A stretch of DNA of 64,000 nt, from positions 497,351 to 561,350 of the forward strand of contig CAVURS010000005.1 of NCBI GenBank assembly GCA_963743975.1. Reading direction: 5' to 3'. The translations under genes and the position numbers were made by a program. Position 1 is the first letter of the stretch; each line of letters starts with the position of its first letter. The stretch comes from an uncultured Actinomycetota bacterium (lineage in GTDB: Bacteria; Actinomycetota; Actinomycetes; Actinomycetales; CAVURS01). Below are positions 61,726 to 64,000 of this stretch, in pieces. Under the pieces are notes generated by a model that worked only from the letters and a program-made list of their open reading frames with translations, was not told the origin of the DNA and searched no databases.

Positions 61726-62415
61726 TCAGTGCGAGCTGGCGGACCGGCTGGGCTTGGCCTTGGCGATCTGCCGCTCCAGGTCGGCCGCCATGGGCGCCGT
61801 GCTCGCGGTGTCCGGGTTGAGCAGCAGCGCGGCGCGGTGCCGGCGGGCGTCGCCCAGCCGACCGGCGGCGAGCGCGGCCAGGACCATCTCCCGGCCGACC
61901 TCGGGCTTGTGCTCGGCCGGGCGCCAGTGCCCGGTGCCCAGGCTGAGCGCGGCATCGTTGAGACCGGCCTCGCGCAGGACGATCAGGCCCTCGAGCAGGG
62001 CCTGGCCGCTCGGGTCGCGGTCGCTGGCGATCGACAGCCGGCGGACGGCGCCGTCGAGGTCGTCGGCCACCGAGAGCCGGGCCAGCTCGATGAGCGGGAA
62101 CCAGGCGCGCGGGCTGTGCGCCAGCTCCTCGGCAAGCGCCCAGACCGCGTCGTCGGCGCCGGTGGCCCGCGACGGCGGGCGTGGTGGTCGACGGGGCGCC
62201 GGGCCCGTGACCCTGCGACGGCGTGGCGGCGCACGATCTCGGCCAGCTCGGCGAAGGCGACGGCGTCGTTGGGGTCGGCGGACGAGCCGCGCGCGCAGCG
62301 CACCCTCCTCACCGCCCTCGGCCCGGCGGACCCGCGGTCCCTTGCGCTCTGGGAGGGACGTACGGGGCCGGGTCACCTCGGACACCCGGCGACGTAGTCG
62401 GTCCAGGAACGACAT
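61726..62415 (-). CDS. Hypothetical helical-repeat (TPR-like) protein; indels
   Basis: [27 protein letters not shown] and [11 protein letters not shown]; SD GAAGGG. Confidence 0.7.
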   Translation of the reverse strand: MSFLDRLRRRVSEVTRPRTSLPERKGPRVRRAEGGEEGALRARLVRRPQRRRRLRRAGRDRAPPRRRRVTGPAPRRPPRPPSRATGADDAVWALAEELAHSPRAWFPLIELARLSVADDLDGAVRRLSIASDRDPSGQALLEGLIVLREAGLNDAALSLGTGHWRPAEHKPEVGREMVLAALAAGRLGDARRHRAALLLNPDTASTAPMAADLERQIAKAKPSRSASSH

Positions 62416-62625
62416 GTCACCCTTCCTGGCGGTAGCAACGGCGTCCCACTCAAGGGTCCCTCGCAGGGGGAGGGCTGCTTCCAGCCGTGACCACGGTAAC
62501 CCACCGTCACTCCGATCGCCTCCCCTCGAAGGCCGGGTCCGGCACCGGCGACCGGCGCCGAATCGAGGTCACGGACCGGCAACGGCGCCGGCCTGCCGTT
62601 GTCGCCAGCCGACAACTACGCTGCG

Positions 62626-63899
62626 GTGGTGCCCAGTGCCCGGGTCGCCGGCGAACCCCCTGTCCCGCCGGAGCCGGCGGCGCCCACCGGGGGCCACCGC
62701 GGGCCGAGCGACGCGACCCGGCGCCGGGTCGAGCAGGGCGTGGGGAGCCTGTCGACGGCCGCCGTGGCGCGGATGGAGGAGCGGCTCCCCTGGTACCGCG
62801 CCATGAGCGCGGAGGACCGCTCGTGGGTCGGCCTGGTCGCCCAGGCCGGCATCGGCGCGTTCGTCGCCTGGTTCCGCGACCCGGACGCCGAGCTGCAGGT
62901 GCCGCCGGACGTCTTCGGCACCGCACCCCGCGAGCTGGTCCGCTCGGTCAGCCTGGGGGCGACCCTGGAGATGGTGCGCACGGTCGTCGACATCGTCGAG
63001 GAGCAGGTCACGACCATGGCCGCCCCCGGCGACGAGGACGCCCTGCGTGAGGCGGTGCTGCGCTACTCGCGAGAGGTCGCCTTCGCCGCCGCGCACGTCT
63101 ACGCCGAGGCCGCCGAGTCGCGCGGGGCGTGGGACGCCCGCCTGGAGTCGCTCGTGCTCGACGCCGTGCTGCGCGGCGAGGCCGACGAGTCCCTGCAGTC
63201 GCGCGCGACCGCCCTGGGCTGGGGCGCGATCGACCAGGTGGCCGTGCTCGCCGGCCTCACGCCGCCCCTGCCGGTGCAGGAGGCGGTGGACGGCCTGCGG
63301 CGCGCGGCCCGGCACCGCGGCCTGGAGCTGCTCGCCGGCGTCCAGGGCGACCGGCTGGTGGCGATCATCGGCCCGGTCACCGACCCCCTGGCCGACGCGG
63401 GAGCCGTGGTCGGACCGCTTCGCCGACGGGCCGGTCGTCGTCGGACCCGCCGTGCCCCACCTGTACGCCGCCGGGCGGCTCGGCCCGGGCCGCGCTGTCC
63501 GGGCTGGTCGCCGTACGGGCCTGGGCCGAGGCGCCGCGTCCGGTGCTGGCCGACGACCTGCTGCCCGAGCGCGTGCTGGCCGGCGACGGTGCGGCCCGTC
63601 GGGCCCTGGTCGACCGGATCTACCGCCCGCTGGAGCAGGCCGGAGGAGCGCTGCTGGACACCGCGACGGCGTACGTCGACTCCGGAAGCGCCCTGGAGTC
63701 GACCGCGCGGATCCTGTTCGTCCATCCCAACACCGTGCGGTACCGGCTGCGCCGGGTCACCGAGATCACCGGGTACGACCCGACCGACCCCCGGGAGGGA
63801 TTCGTGCTGCGCAGCGCCCTCGCGCTGGGCCGGCTGGCGTCCGCTCCACCCCGTCCGGGGCGGCTGCGGGAGCCCGACCCCGCGCCCCAGGCTTTGTAG
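62626..63899 (+). CDS. fasR: PucR/CdaR family regulator of fatty-acid synthesis (FasR/MabR-like); indels
   Basis: [32 protein letters not shown] and C-terminal [15 protein letters not shown]; directly upstream of fabD. Confidence 0.88.
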
Positions 63900-63912
63900 G
63901 AAACCTCCATAA
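63893..63912. promoter_or_regulatory. Candidate FasR/MabR-type site
   Basis: TTTGT-AGGAAACCT-CCATAA resembles the TTTGT-n9-ACAAA dyad (right arm degenerate) upstream of fabD. Confidence 0.45.
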
Positions 63913-63977
63913 CCACCGTGCAGAGTTCGTCCGCGTCCCCCACCGTCTCAGCTGCTCGCGCCCGGAAGGCTTGACCC

Positions 63978-64000
63978 GTGCTCGTCATCGTCTGCCCCGG
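63978..64000 (+). CDS. fabD: Malonyl-CoA:ACP transacylase, first codons only
   Basis: (M)LVIVCP.. N-terminus and position after fasR. Confidence 0.75.

Overview
High-GC actinobacterial chromosome segment; gene content and synteny suggest Micrococcales, probably Intrasporangiaceae-like (inference). The core backbone is lipB-lipA-DUF4191-RDD-glnA, glnE-glnA2-nadE-panB-map-ppgK, rnpB-RNB-yaaA-RNase HI-Zn ribbon-Nif3, and tRNA-Val-ahpE-DUF3052-aceE-fasR-fabD. Many housekeeping genes are broken by single-base indels that look like sequencing or consensus error, so they are called as CDS with approximate ends. Accessory content includes an islet after glnA (att-like signature, ANTAR-only protein, STAS protein), a PAP2-PAP2-DAGK operon, and an islet beside tRNA-Val. 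The best candidate for an undescribed system is 16.2-21.5 kb: a copper amine oxidase divergent from a translationally coupled tetR / HpaB-family monooxygenase / Arg-less Rid / DUF1028 operon. It resembles the Pseudomonas hin histamine/imidazole-acetate pathway with the deaminating and oxygenating enzymes replaced by unrelated families. The second candidate is an RNase HI-DUF1737 fusion that links the Nif3/Zn-ribbon/RNase H operon to rhodanese and metZ. No CRISPR array, integrase or transposase was seen. All family assignments come from motif recognition; no database searches were run.
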